Assembly (NCBI GenBank): GCA_040954595.2
Contig: CM082595.2
Location: 4,015,943 to 4,079,942 of the forward strand
Length of the DNA: 64,000 nt
Direction of reading: 5' to 3'
From: Balanoglossus misakiensis
Lineage: Eukaryota > Animalia > Hemichordata
Shown here: one piece after another, positions 1 through 11,600 of the stretch
Layout of the letters: each line of letters starts with the position of its first letter
Numbering within the stretch: the first letter of the stretch is position 1
The notes under the pieces: generated by a model
The model's input: only the letters and a program-made list of their open reading frames with translations
What the model was told of the DNA's origin: nothing
Database searches by the model: none
Made by a program: the position numbers and the translations under genes

Positions 1-798
1 GGGTCTTGACGCTGGATTGCTCTTCACCATGGAAAGCATGACCTCTTCGAGAGTGGGGCACTCACACAGCTTAGGAGGAACCAACAAGTATACACTGTCG
101 TTCTGCCGCAGAGCATCGCAGAGAATCTGTGCTCTGTCGGTTTTCCGGCACACTGCGTAGTACACGAGTTTACCGTTCTTGGCCGTGTTGGTCAACAGCG
201 CCAGATCCACCACCCCGAGGGAGAACATGTCCGCCTTCTTGTCGTACCGCTGATCCAGAACCTCCGGCGCCATGAACGTGGCCGACCCGCACACGTGGCT
301 CAGGTAGTCCTCGCCGCTCAGCGACTCGTGAACGGTGGCCAGACCGAAATCGGACAGCTTCACCCGGATGTCCCCCGCCCTCTTGTCCACCAGGATGTTG
401 TCCGGTTTGATGTCGCGGTGCACGATGTCGCGCTCGTGCAGGTACGCCACGCCCTGGGACATCTGCGACATGACCTCCAGCTTCCACGGGGTGTCCAGCA
501 GCCGGCCGCCCCGGACCATGTAATCGTTGAGCGTGCCCTCCGCGCAGAACTCCATCACCATCCACACGTCCAGGTACTCGCTCCGCATCTCTGTGCAGAC
601 GGTGATCATCCGCACGATGTTATCATGATGCAGATTGGCCATGGTGCACGCTTCTTTGAAAGCTTTGTCGGCCGTCCTAGACGACAGACATCTCAGTTTC
701 TTACCAGCGAACGTCTTTTCGGTCTGTCGGTCTCTCAGTAGATAAACCTCCCCATATCGACCAGATCCCAAAGAGTGCATTCTTTTATATTTCTCCAT
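1..798 (-). CDS. Intronless Ser/Thr protein kinase, PDIK1L/STK35-like (kinase 1), running off the window at its 3' end
   Basis: Manual translation from ATG at 798: MEKYKRMHSLGSGRYGEVY...FAGKK...WMVMEFC...HRDIKPDNIL...VKLSDFGLA...VCGSATFMAPEVLDQRYDKKADMFSLG; open to position 1. Missing from the ORF track because there is no stop in the window. Family assignment is from remembered PDIK1L motifs. Confidence 0.9.
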   Translation of the reverse strand, partial: MEKYKRMHSLGSGRYGEVYLLRDRQTEKTFAGKKLRCLSSRTADKAFKEACTMANLHHDNIVRMITVCTEMRSEYLDVWMVMEFCAEGTLNDYMVRGGRLLDTPWKLEVMSQMSQGVAYLHERDIVHRDIKPDNILVDKRAGDIRVKLSDFGLATVHESLSGEDYLSHVCGSATFMAPEVLDQRYDKKADMFSLGVVDLALLTNTAKNGKLVYYAVCRKTDRAQILCDALRQNDSVYLLVPPKLCECPTLEEVMLSMVKSNPASRP

Positions 799-1206
799 GA
801 CGGCTTCTACCAAGTTTGATTTTCTTCCCAGTTCTTGAAACTTGTCACAGGTTCTCTTTTTATCTCTTTCAAATACACCTCAGCTACAGCTGCAGACAAA
901 GTTTAACCAAGAGAGATTTCAATAAAAAACAGCGAGCCGTTGTAAAGAAACCTTCCTATCACCGAACTTTTCTAAAATTTATCAACTGAGACCAGGCCTA
1001 TAATGTAGCATTTGGGCAAATTGTATTTACCAATAAATGGGTGCCACACTCATATATTAAGCCTCCCATTGCAAGAGTACACAGCGATCGTTTTATGCGC
1101 ACATATACGAGAACACTGACTCACACTGATAGAACCTACGTGATCTTTGCATGCCTTAGCTCTGTTAACAAAGTTTTACACAAGTCAGCTCTGCGAGACA
1201 AGTAAC

Positions 1207-1255
1207 TTGAAACACAGTCCTTCCGTCAGATAGAGGGACTGTGCTTGAGAGACAA
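1207..1255. repeat. Short palindromic hairpin, possibly a tiny MITE
   Basis: CACAGTCCTTC...GAGGGACTGTG inverted repeat with a short loop. Confidence 0.4.
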
Positions 1256-3198
1256 GGACACAAATTTGGTGGGGTGTAGGCACTGCAAATCAATTCGCCA
1301 CCTACACACATGTACATGTACGTACCTTTCAAAGCCGAGATGATGATATGGTGTTTTTACAGAGAAGCAACATACCACAGAATGAAAAAAGTCAACCACT
1401 AGACTGCATTGGTGTCACTATTTCTGTGTTCAAACTTAAATGCCGGGAATTTTCGTCAATTACTCGGAAAGACGCTGATGCAAGCACTTCCTCACTGACG
1501 AAACTTTAGGTCTAAAACACGGGCAGAGTGCCAGGTGGAAATACCCGTTTGCCGGAACAATACCCAAGCTATCAATAAATACTGTTGGCAAGAAACGTAT
1601 GCCAAAACAATGCTGACAAGTCATGCAGAGCTCGGTACACTATTGGACAAGTTGACACCCTGGTGACCTGAACTTAAGTATGCATTACATTGTCACCAAG
1701 CACTACTGCTGCAACAATGACAATTTATAACCACCACCTTCCGTCTTCCGACCCCCTTCCGTGAACAATGGACAATAGAAAAAAAGACAAGGCAGCGAGG
1801 GTGACCAAAATACATGATGGGACACTTTCGTTGCTCAAAACAAAAAGCAAGCGTGTTAGTTCCTCTTTGTATGTCAATATGCCATACATGTCTGTAAAAA
1901 AAACGTCAAATTTTTACTCATTTTTCACTACATGTATGCTGATGCATATTATCTTTTTATTTATGGAAAATATACACGATAATGTCAGGAAATTTCATTT
2001 ATGTTTCTCTAATGTATATATCATTATACATTACCTCTGTATTGTGACATTACTGGTGAAGTAAACCTTATACGACAATGCAATTATATTTGATAAGGGA
2101 GGGGTGTGTAACATTCAAGTATGTGCCAGGTAAATGTTTACTTGCCATGGATACTTGATAAACCTGTCCTGATAATTCTGCAGAAGAGTAATGTTTTTCC
2201 ATGAACTGTATCCTTTAGGGTCATTCAGAACCAGTCAATAAAAAAGACAATCGAAAGGGGGATTTGACAGGGGCCTCCCCCCGGTAGAAATCTCTGGACC
2301 GTGACCATGAAACGAATTCTGATTGTTTGGCTACCAAAGTTTTTTTTCAACAAAGGCTGGAGATTGGGATGGTGGTATGATACAAATTTTTGTGTGTTTG
2401 TGTGTGTGTGTGATTGGATCTCTTCACATAATTGGAAACTGACAAAATGGCCAGTTTTCCATAATGTATACGCAACTCTGGGTCATTTTCGTCAAAGGTT
2501 ATTTTCATTTGACTAAGGAGCAATTTTCAACCACCGGCTTTTGCATGAGTTCTTGGTGAAACCAAAATAACATTTTATTCTCTGGATATAAAACTTCAAA
2601 CAGCTTAAGAGGAGACTTAACAGGTGAGAATTCGGACTTCGGTCGCTATATCACTGAACAGAAAGACTTTGAGTAACGTTATCCAAACAATACACTTGTA
2701 TAATGTCATAATTCTGCACAGGGTATTGGGACCAGTGCCAAAAAAATCACATAATATCCTTCAGTATTACGTCGTTTAATGCATTTTCGTTATTGTTGTT
2801 ATTTACATATTTTTTATAAATACTGTACATTTTGTTCACAGAAAAGTTAAATCGATAATAAAACTCTGGGGATGTGATTTATGAAACTGATTTAAAATTC
2901 ACTTTTAAATCTACGAACAGATATTTTCCTGAAGTATGTAGTCACACAGTATATTGTTTCAAGACGAAAGTCACTGTTTGATTAGGATGACACCTCTCTA
3001 TTAAGGACAAATTTTCTGGTCACTGTATACAGATTAAAATTTCACACTCTTCAAGTACCCTTCCTTTCATTCAATGTTATTTTATTGTGGATGTGGGGCC
3101 AAAGTAGCCCAGGGACATTTACACAAAGAGATTTAGAAATGATCATGATCATCATTTGTCTTATAATCTTCAACTGGCCTAAAATGACATTACAGGGT

Positions 3199-4221
3199 TT
3201 AGTGTCTAGACCCTGATGTGGAGCCAGTGCCTGTATAGTAGCCTTTGTCACTACTGCCAGATTTGTAATTTGCCGACTTTGGGCGCCCAGTCATGACTGT
3301 CGTAACTTCCTCGTCAGACTCGAAAGTATCGCCATCGTATTCAGTGCACTCCACCTGTGTCCACGGCGGTATGGCTGATGCAGTGATGAACACGTCATCC
3401 ACACTTGCAAGTGCAGAGGAGATGAACTGCGCATCAGGTCGATCTTCGGGATCAAAAGACAACATTGATTTCACCAGATCTTTCACTTCAGGACACTGCT
3501 CTAAGTCATCTAAAACACTTTGTGGTACTGCGCGGTTGGCATTCATCGCATGACTGAGTGGTTTCTCATCCAATAAATACACAATGTGTCCTCCGGACAC
3601 TGAACACACCATCAAAGCCAACAGAGTGACACCCATAGAAAAGATGTCACAATTTTCCGTGTAGGGCTTATAATCAGCAACTTCGGGGGCCATGAATGGT
3701 ATGGTGCCAATCACTGTGTGCATGCTTGTGGTTTTACCCATCATGTCATACATGGTGGAGATGCCAAAGTCGCAGAGTTTCACGGTGATGCTGCCGTCAT
3801 CTTTCCTCTTCAGCAGGATGTTGGCTGGCTTCAGGTCTCGGTGCGCCACCTTCTTGGAGTGGAGATAACCCAGCGCATCGGCAACTTCGCCCATTAGTCG
3901 GATCTTCAATCGGGTGTCTTTCATTCTTCCTTCCTGCTGGAAATACGTGTCAAGGGTGCCCATCTCGCAGAACTCCATACAAATCCAAACCATCATGGTA
4001 CCATCTTCTTTATCAGCGAAATGCTCACGTATTTTCACAATGTTCTTGTGCTCAAGCCTGGCCAAGAGGACCAACTCCTGCATCACACTGGTCAGCTTTT
4101 GGGGCGAATCACACTCTAATCGTTTCCCCGCGCACTCAACTTTCGTTTCCTTGTTTCTCAGACGGAACACACTGGCAAAGCCACCTGAACCCAATTTCTC
4201 ACGCTTAGTGTATTTTTCCAT
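3199..4221 (-). CDS. Intronless Ser/Thr protein kinase, PDIK1L/STK35-like (kinase 2), 340 aa
   Basis: LGSGGFASV, CAGK, HRDLKPANILL, DFG, GTIPFMAPE, DIFSMG, RP all present; acidic Ser/Thr-rich tail. Confidence 0.92.
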   Translation of the reverse strand: MEKYTKREKLGSGGFASVFRLRNKETKVECAGKRLECDSPQKLTSVMQELVLLARLEHKNIVKIREHFADKEDGTMMVWICMEFCEMGTLDTYFQQEGRMKDTRLKIRLMGEVADALGYLHSKKVAHRDLKPANILLKRKDDGSITVKLCDFGISTMYDMMGKTTSMHTVIGTIPFMAPEVADYKPYTENCDIFSMGVTLLALMVCSVSGGHIVYLLDEKPLSHAMNANRAVPQSVLDDLEQCPEVKDLVKSMLSFDPEDRPDAQFISSALASVDDVFITASAIPPWTQVECTEYDGDTFESDEEVTTVMTGRPKSANYKSGSSDKGYYTGTGSTSGSRH

Positions 4222-7200
4222 AATCTCAAATTACACAGAATTTGTTTTCACGTAGCGCTGAAAGTTAAAATTAAACTGGCATTAATGTGATGAAACATCA
4301 AAACCTGTTTAACAACTTTTCCCCCACATGGAACAACAGGTGTTATTAGTAACATTTACCAGTCAATTCACCAGTGTTCCTTCAGCAGGACTTAAACCTA
4401 CCCCTTCAACATTTTTTTCAATAAAATGATGTATTTTTAAAACACTCATGTCCTGCAAGTATCAAGGTTTTGTCACAATAGAACTTGATAATTATTTGGA
4501 GACAAAATTTCCTCTTCATCTGAATTAAAATAAGCAAAGTTCTAGTCACAAACGACCGTTACATTGTAGTTGGTGATTAGCTGGACTAATGTCAAGGCAA
4601 GCACACTTAGACCAGAGTGTGGTTGTCAGAAGTCAATAGACACCATCATTTTCCTCTGCAACTCTCCACAAAAAGTACATTGATCAAAATATCGTGCATA
4701 AACTGAATATAATCACAAACTTTTTCGAAAGTGGGCATAGCAGTTTGACATACTACCAATACACTTACTTGTCAGTTTGGTTAAAGTCTTTCTCGCTCAG
4801 CAGCTGACAACACTGATATGAGACCAAGTTGTGTGTACTGAGTGCTGTTACTCAGTGGTATGGGCCCAACCACTGTCAGTATGGGTATTAATTTCTATTG
4901 CCCCATCCAAGAAAAAATGAGGCCAAAGTTCAGCCCGTCAAAGGTTCATTTTGGGTAAACCCCTTTGCAATGTATCAGTGTTTAATGGGGTGTGATCACA
5001 TGAGTTGCTTCTATCAGCCAAAAATAGTGACAGATAAACTGTGGTGTGTATACTATACACGTCTATGTTCATTGTATTGGCTAAAGTTACAACTGTTTTT
5101 TCTCTCTCCACTATTTCTACTCCACGTATCGACTACATTTGATTCCCTAAAAACATGATCAAATGCACAGCATTAGGCTTCTTATCCACAGCCCTCACAT
5201 GTACACTCCGCATTAATACTGTAAAACTTAGATTCAGACTTGTGTACTGGTTGCTATGCATACACACGTCACTCCAGCTTCCAAGGCTGACGGGGCGTTT
5301 TCTGATGCAAGACCTTTACCAGTGAAACACTGACAAAACTTACAAACATTGGCACACTGCAGCTGCCAGACTAAAATAAACTGTTTGCTGATACATTTGT
5401 ATGCAAGACAGATATTGTGAAATATGTCATTACTGACACTTTATTTGGCTGATTGGGTCATACATATAGATGAGGCAGCTCAGTCATGTGATCACACCCC
5501 ATTATACACTGCAAGGGGCGTTACCCAAAATAACCATATGACAGGCGGAACTGTGGCCATATTTTCCCTTCTCATGGGGCAATATAAACAATCTCAATAT
5601 TGACACTTTGATAGTGGAAGGTGCCATACCACTGAGTAGGAGTTAGGCATAAGCTTTGGTTGGGCTCAGATCGGTGTTACCAGTTGCTAAGCGATCTAGA
5701 CTGAAAACCACACTGAAAAGTAAGTTTATTGCTTTGCGCCCTTTTGAAAAAGTTTTTGTTTTATTTTCAGTTTCTCCATAGTGTGCTTTTGTGGACAATT
5801 GCAGAAAATGAGGGTGATGTCAAGTACAGATGTATGTTGTTTTTCATAGTGCTGCATTTCTTGTTGACAATCACGCACTGTTGAACAGTTAAACAAGCCT
5901 TACACGTCATTAAGTCCAGCCAACATTGTTTTGAAGAATTCCATTTGACAAAATCCTGGAACTTGACAATGCTCTAAAAATACAGCATTTCATTGAATGT
6001 CCTGTTAAAAGAAAATTGACTACTTGTTCGGTAAATGTCATGAACAACATCTTGTGTTCCATGTTAATGTACGTAAAAAGTCTTTGAACAGGTTTTGATG
6101 TCAGTTTAATTTTAACTTTCAGCTCTAAATGAAAACGAATTCTGTGTAATTTGAGATTATGGTAGAATACACTCTGCATGAGAAACTGGGTGAAGGTGGC
6201 TTCGCCGAAGTATTTCGTCTGAGAAACAAGGAAACAAAAGTTGATTGCGCGGGGAAACGAATAAAGTGTGATTCACCCCAAAAGCTGACCAAGGCGATCA
6301 ATGAGTTGGTCCTCATGACCGGGCTTGAGCACAAGAACATTGTGAAAATACTTGAGCATTTCGCTGATAAAGAAGGCGATACCATGACCGTTTGGATCTG
6401 TATGGAGTACTGTGACATGGGCACCCTCGACTCATATTTCCAGCTGAAAGGGACAATGAAGGAGTACAGATTGAAGGTTCGACTCATGGGCGAAGTTGCC
6501 GATGCGCTGGGTTATCTCCACTCCAAGAAGGTGGCACACCGAGACCTGAAACCGGCCAACATCCTGCTGATGAGGAGAGATGACGGCAGCATCACTGTGA
6601 AACTCTGCGACTTTGGCATCGCCACGTACGACATGATGGGTAAAACCGCCAGCATGCACACAGCAATTGGCACCATAGAGTTCCTGGCCCCAGAAGTTGC
6701 TGATTTTAAGTCCTACACGAAGAAATGCGACATCTTCTCCATGGGGGCAAGTCTGTTGGCTTTGCTGATGTGTTCGGTGCACAGAGGGCACGTTGTGTAC
6801 TTGGTGGGCAAGAAGCCCCTCGGTCACGCTGTGAATTCCAGCCGTGCAGTACCACGCGTTGTTCTGAACGACTTAAAGCGGTTCCCTCAACTGAAAGATC
6901 TGGTGACATCAATGTTGGCTTTTGATCCCGAAGATCGACCTGATGCGCCGTCCATCGCCTCTGCACTGGCGAACGTCTGCGCGAGTTATCGTCCTATCAT
7001 CAGCACAGATGTAGATGATTCAGAGGAGGACGAAGAGTGCCATGATTACGACGATGCACTTGCAAGTGTGGATGATGAGTTAATCACTGCATCAGCCATA
7101 CCGCCTTGGACACAGGAGGAGTGCACTGAATACGATGGCGATACTTTCGAACCATCTGATAGATCCGACGAGGAAGTTGCCACAGTCAAGACTGAACACC

Positions 7201-7256
7201 CAAATTTGCAAACGAATGAATCTGGCAGCAGTGACAAAGGCTATGACACAGGCAGT
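3225..7256. repeat. Diverged inverted duplication (palindrome) carrying kinases 2 and 3 plus about 0.75 kb of upstream DNA per arm; unique centre about 5033-5432
   Basis: 4222-4320 is the reverse complement of about 6075-6158; 4850-4865 TACTCAGTGGTATGG pairs with 5624-5638; 4985-5003 ATGGGGTGTGATCACATGA pairs with 5484-5502; the coding regions are paralogous. Confidence 0.9.
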
Positions 7257-7337
7257 GCAGCATGTTCGCTAAAAGCTGACACCCAGCAAAAACAACCACC
7301 AGGTGTCAAGAAATCAAAGGTCTGCCAGATACTTTAA
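6159..7337 (+). CDS. Intronless Ser/Thr protein kinase, PDIK1L/STK35-like (kinase 3), 392 aa, C-terminal CaaX (CQIL)
   Basis: Close paralog of 3199..4221 with all catalytic motifs; ends PGVKKSKVCQIL*. Confidence 0.92.
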   Translation: MVEYTLHEKLGEGGFAEVFRLRNKETKVDCAGKRIKCDSPQKLTKAINELVLMTGLEHKNIVKILEHFADKEGDTMTVWICMEYCDMGTLDSYFQLKGTMKEYRLKVRLMGEVADALGYLHSKKVAHRDLKPANILLMRRDDGSITVKLCDFGIATYDMMGKTASMHTAIGTIEFLAPEVADFKSYTKKCDIFSMGASLLALLMCSVHRGHVVYLVGKKPLGHAVNSSRAVPRVVLNDLKRFPQLKDLVTSMLAFDPEDRPDAPSIASALANVCASYRPIISTDVDDSEEDEECHDYDDALASVDDELITASAIPPWTQEECTEYDGDTFEPSDRSDEEVATVKTEHPNLQTNESGSSDKGYDTGSAACSLKADTQQKQPPGVKKSKVCQIL

Positions 7338-8613
7338 CCGAAGAAACACATACATTTACTGTGGCCGATGAACTGAATTTGATAATATTTTTAAATAACA
7401 TTAGATCATCAAGATATCGAGATAGTAGTTGTATAACCACGACCATTGCACAACGTACATATACTTCTGCATATACATGTAACCTTCTCCTCGTACAATC
7501 TAATCTACAATCCAGACACGATATGCATGGGTTGCACTTACTACTATAATGTAGAGACATTAAATCCTGTATCCAATTGTTTGGTGAAATTTACAGGCCA
7601 AGATAATCCACAGATATCAATACCCCACTTGGTGAGAGGCTCTATGTTTAGAATTGATTTTTAACTTGCCAGATGGTGCTTCTGTATTACCCCTTCTGTA
7701 TATAACCCATGCATGTTTTCAACATTACCCAAAATCAGAAGAGTGTTTCATACTTGTGAGAAAATTATCACTTAGTGTAATTCAACATGAAATTTAAAAA
7801 GTTGTTTATGCTTCTTTGTAAAGTGTATAAAATACAGTATAAGAGATATTAAATCACCACTGAACAGTCATTTCTTGTGACACAATTACTCTGCTGTCTT
7901 GGACTACTATTGACCCTCTTACCTAGAGTCTTCATCATCTTCATCTTCGCTCATGGCATCTTCAGAAGATTCACCTACCTTGAAGGCTCACTTTTTCCTC
8001 CGAGTACGCACAGGTTTTCAATAGTGGTTGGTACATGCCACTCTCCCGGAATTTCATCCCAGTATCCGGGTGATTCCCAGCTTTCTACATGAATGCTGTA
8101 ACTTCCTTCTCTACAACCGGTGCCCACAGTCAAATGGTGCTTGTACCCTCAATACCACTTGTACATTGATGCACAATAAGACATTCTTTCCACACACACA
8201 CACTCACATACACTGGACACTCATGATACTGTAAGAGCTTTGAAAGAATGTGTTAATGTGTGCAGATGTCAATGTGTGTGTGTATTCACTCTTGAACCAC
8301 AAATCTGATGCATAATACAATGAGTGACCATCCAGCTACACATCTGCCAACCATGCCCAAAACCCCACAAAGCATGCATAGTCATTCAGATTCCATTCAA
8401 ACAGTCGCCACAAGGTCATTATCAAGGCCAACTTCACCCGAGCACATTTTCAAGGTCAGGTCAAGGTCAAGCACACCCATTCTTTTCCTAAACTGAAGTA
8501 ACTATGTTCTCTTTCTCTTTCTCTCTCTCTTTCCTGTCTATTTCAGATGACTATCAATCATCAACCCATCCATTTCTCTTTCACTTGAAATGACAGATTT
8601 TTGTTGTTCCTAC

Positions 8614-11600
8614 CGTGCCATCAGCTTGTGCAGTTCCTTCCTCTCTGCCGAGTCCCCATTGGCCGACGGTGCCTGCATGACTTGCTGGGGTAGTGAGTTC
8701 TCCACAAACAGTTGCAGGTGCTGGAAAGCTTCTGTCTGCAAAATACATTATACATCATTACTGAGAGGACTGTGTTAATTCTCATCATCACTGCATTTGT
8801 GAACACAATAAACAAAACCTCTATCCGTGCATTCACTCTTAGAGAAAAATCTAATCCATAGATGGACCAATTTAAGTTAGAAAATAAAATCATGAAAATA
8901 ATGCAAAAAGTGGCAGCTCTAAAGGCTTTAACATAAAAGTGTTCTTGCTTACTTCTGCTGACTGACATCTTATCTTATCCTGTCCAAATGGTATCTACCA
9001 ACTGGTATAACGTCTTTCTTGTGTGTTTAAATGGTCTAACACATTGCTTAGCCCACTTTTACCACCATTGCATGATCTCACAGCCTTTTATTATTTATGA
9101 TTCATTCAACATCTGTTTTCAGAACATATTCCTTGAGCCTTTTATTATTTATGATTCATTCAACATCTGTTTTCAGAACATATTCCTTGCAAAACCATTT
9201 CACCGATATCAATCCAGCTATTCCCCAGAAAAGTGTCTTAGTCCAACATCCAACCCACAATGGTTAATAGGTAAGACCACGCCATCCAACTCAGACAAAA
9301 AGAACAAGATCAAACTCACCTTCTCTGAGTTCTTCCACATGTGTTTCATGTAGGCAAATGTGACGTGTGGGTGTGTGGTAGGCAGTGGCTGGTCTGGGTG
9401 TTTCGATGGGTCAACACTTAACAACATCACCAGCGTCTTGTGAGAAAGTTTCTGCAAGTGGAGGAAAAAGTTTGAGAGGTAAAATTAAAATAATTAGCAG
9501 ATTTATCCAAAAACTGGGAATGTGTATTCAGCAGGTCTATATGTAATAAGGAATGAAATGATCTGTACTGATTATTGCAAGATTTTCATTGACACAATCA
9601 TATGATATTGTGTGATGCTGATTTGTGAAAAAAATGCGTACATATATTATATCTGAGGCTCCAATAACTCAAAATATTTTCTCAGTACTTTTGGTTTTTG
9701 TATCAACTGTTGTTTCTTGTTCTACTCTGTGAAACATAAAACAATGTTCAGTATTTGGTCTTCTTCAACAAATCCTTCAAGGCACTACCAAGCCCTCTTT
9801 CCACTGAAGACTGAATTAAGCATAAGCTTACCAGCCTGCCACCTTTCCTACACAGACTGGCATACTTCAACCAGGTCCTCATGTCTTCCTGTGGAGTCAG
9901 AACTAACGATCGCACTTGGATAATCTTCTGCCAGTCTTCCACATTCTGTTGACATCCCTGAAATTGGACGAATATCAAATGGTAAGTATTACGTACTATC
10001 ATCACATTTGGTAAAACTTGTCCATTAGATTATACAATTCATGTAATTCTTGATTTTAGTGCTATCATACCCATTTCCTTGTCCGTGGACCCAACTCCAC
10101 AATTGAAAGCAACAGGACCGTACCAAATCACAGGGGGGGAGATTAAAGTACCATCTTTTTAAAGACCTTTACTTTCCAAAGGCTCCTCGAGCCAAAACAC
10201 AAACCCTACCTGCAATCTGTCCCACCATGTTTGTTTGATGGCATCCCTTCTCTCGGGAACCAGCTTGTACTGGATGATTTCTTCCAATTCGGACAACATC
10301 TGGACTTGCACCATCGCACCGTAGGCTCTGTTGTAACTCTCCCCGGCCATGGCTGTCAACTCATTATCCAAAATGTCCCTGGCTTTGTCGATACACTGGA
10401 AATACCAACAGTGGGTGCATGGGTTAGAATTCATGAAGGGAAACACCAAAGGCACATGTATATAAACATCTATAATTTACATGTGTTTATATAAGGTCAA
10501 ATGTTCTAAATATCTGCGACCAAGTTCTGTATATTTTTCAATAACTGAATTTTAATTACAGCTACACTGTGTCTTTGCTTCTTTCACAATATTTCACCAG
10601 ATATTTGCATGCAACAATTTTGTTCCGCTTTTACATTCAGTCTAACCCTCAATAACTGAAGGATGACGGACAAGATAGTGGGATAAGGGAGAAAATGATT
10701 GTGTATGTTTACTGACAGATTCAACAGTTACTTCCATAAACTTTCCAAAGAAAAAGTGGCAAGTCTCGTTTCTGACAATACACTATCTAACATAATTTCT
10801 ATAAACTCAGAACTTCCTACTAGTAATACAATTTCTTTAAACTTGGGTAAGCCTATTTACCTGTTGTGCCAGAGAGAAATGATCTTCATGTACTTCCAAC
10901 ACAGCCCTGTAGAAAGCGCCATCATGGGTGTCTCTCGGTATCATGCATGTGTACTCTTCCATGCTCTCCCAGTGACCCAGACCCCAGGCAGCTGCGGCCG
11001 CCATTCTGGCCATCCTCTGACGGGTATCGTCTCCAACCATCTGCCATTTCTCTGTGGAGACGTCATGCAGAGCTCCCCTGGAATAATACGAAATTGGATG
11101 TGTATACCATTTTGGACTACAAGAATTTTCACATTATGTTAAGATTTAAAGTACTACTGACCTGTTTAATAGAAAAACAATTATACATTTCTTTAAAATG
11201 AACAGAACAGCAGTCTTTAAACAACATTTTCTGAATATGCAAGTGGCCCTACAGACAAATCTACATACCATTCTCCCAAAGCATCTAGACATCTCATTGT
11301 TCCAAGGGTCAGTTCAATGTTTTCTGGATTTTGCTCTTGTTTTCTCTTGTAAGCAGACAGTGCATTCTCCCAGTCGTGTAATTTCTCATACCAAGTCTCT
11401 TGAATTTGCTAAATAGGATCAAAATATGAAATTATCAAAGAAGAAAATCAAATGAAACAATGATCAACTACCAAATGGATGCATGTTGAACTCATAAAAT
11501 CCACAAATCTTCACTTGATTAACCTTGCATTACAAACTCACCAGCTCAGCTCTGTAATTCTTCATAGCATACTGTAACACACCAGTCGCAGCTTCGGGCT

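Noticed and set aside
170-741. ORF-track entries 170..565 (-), 295..741 (+) and 335..523 (+)
   Set aside because: Alternative-frame or antisense shadows of kinase 1.
3051-3251. CNVIL in a shifted frame after the kinase 2 stop as a relic CaaX
   Set aside because: Not followed by a stop and not alignable to the kinase 3 tail.
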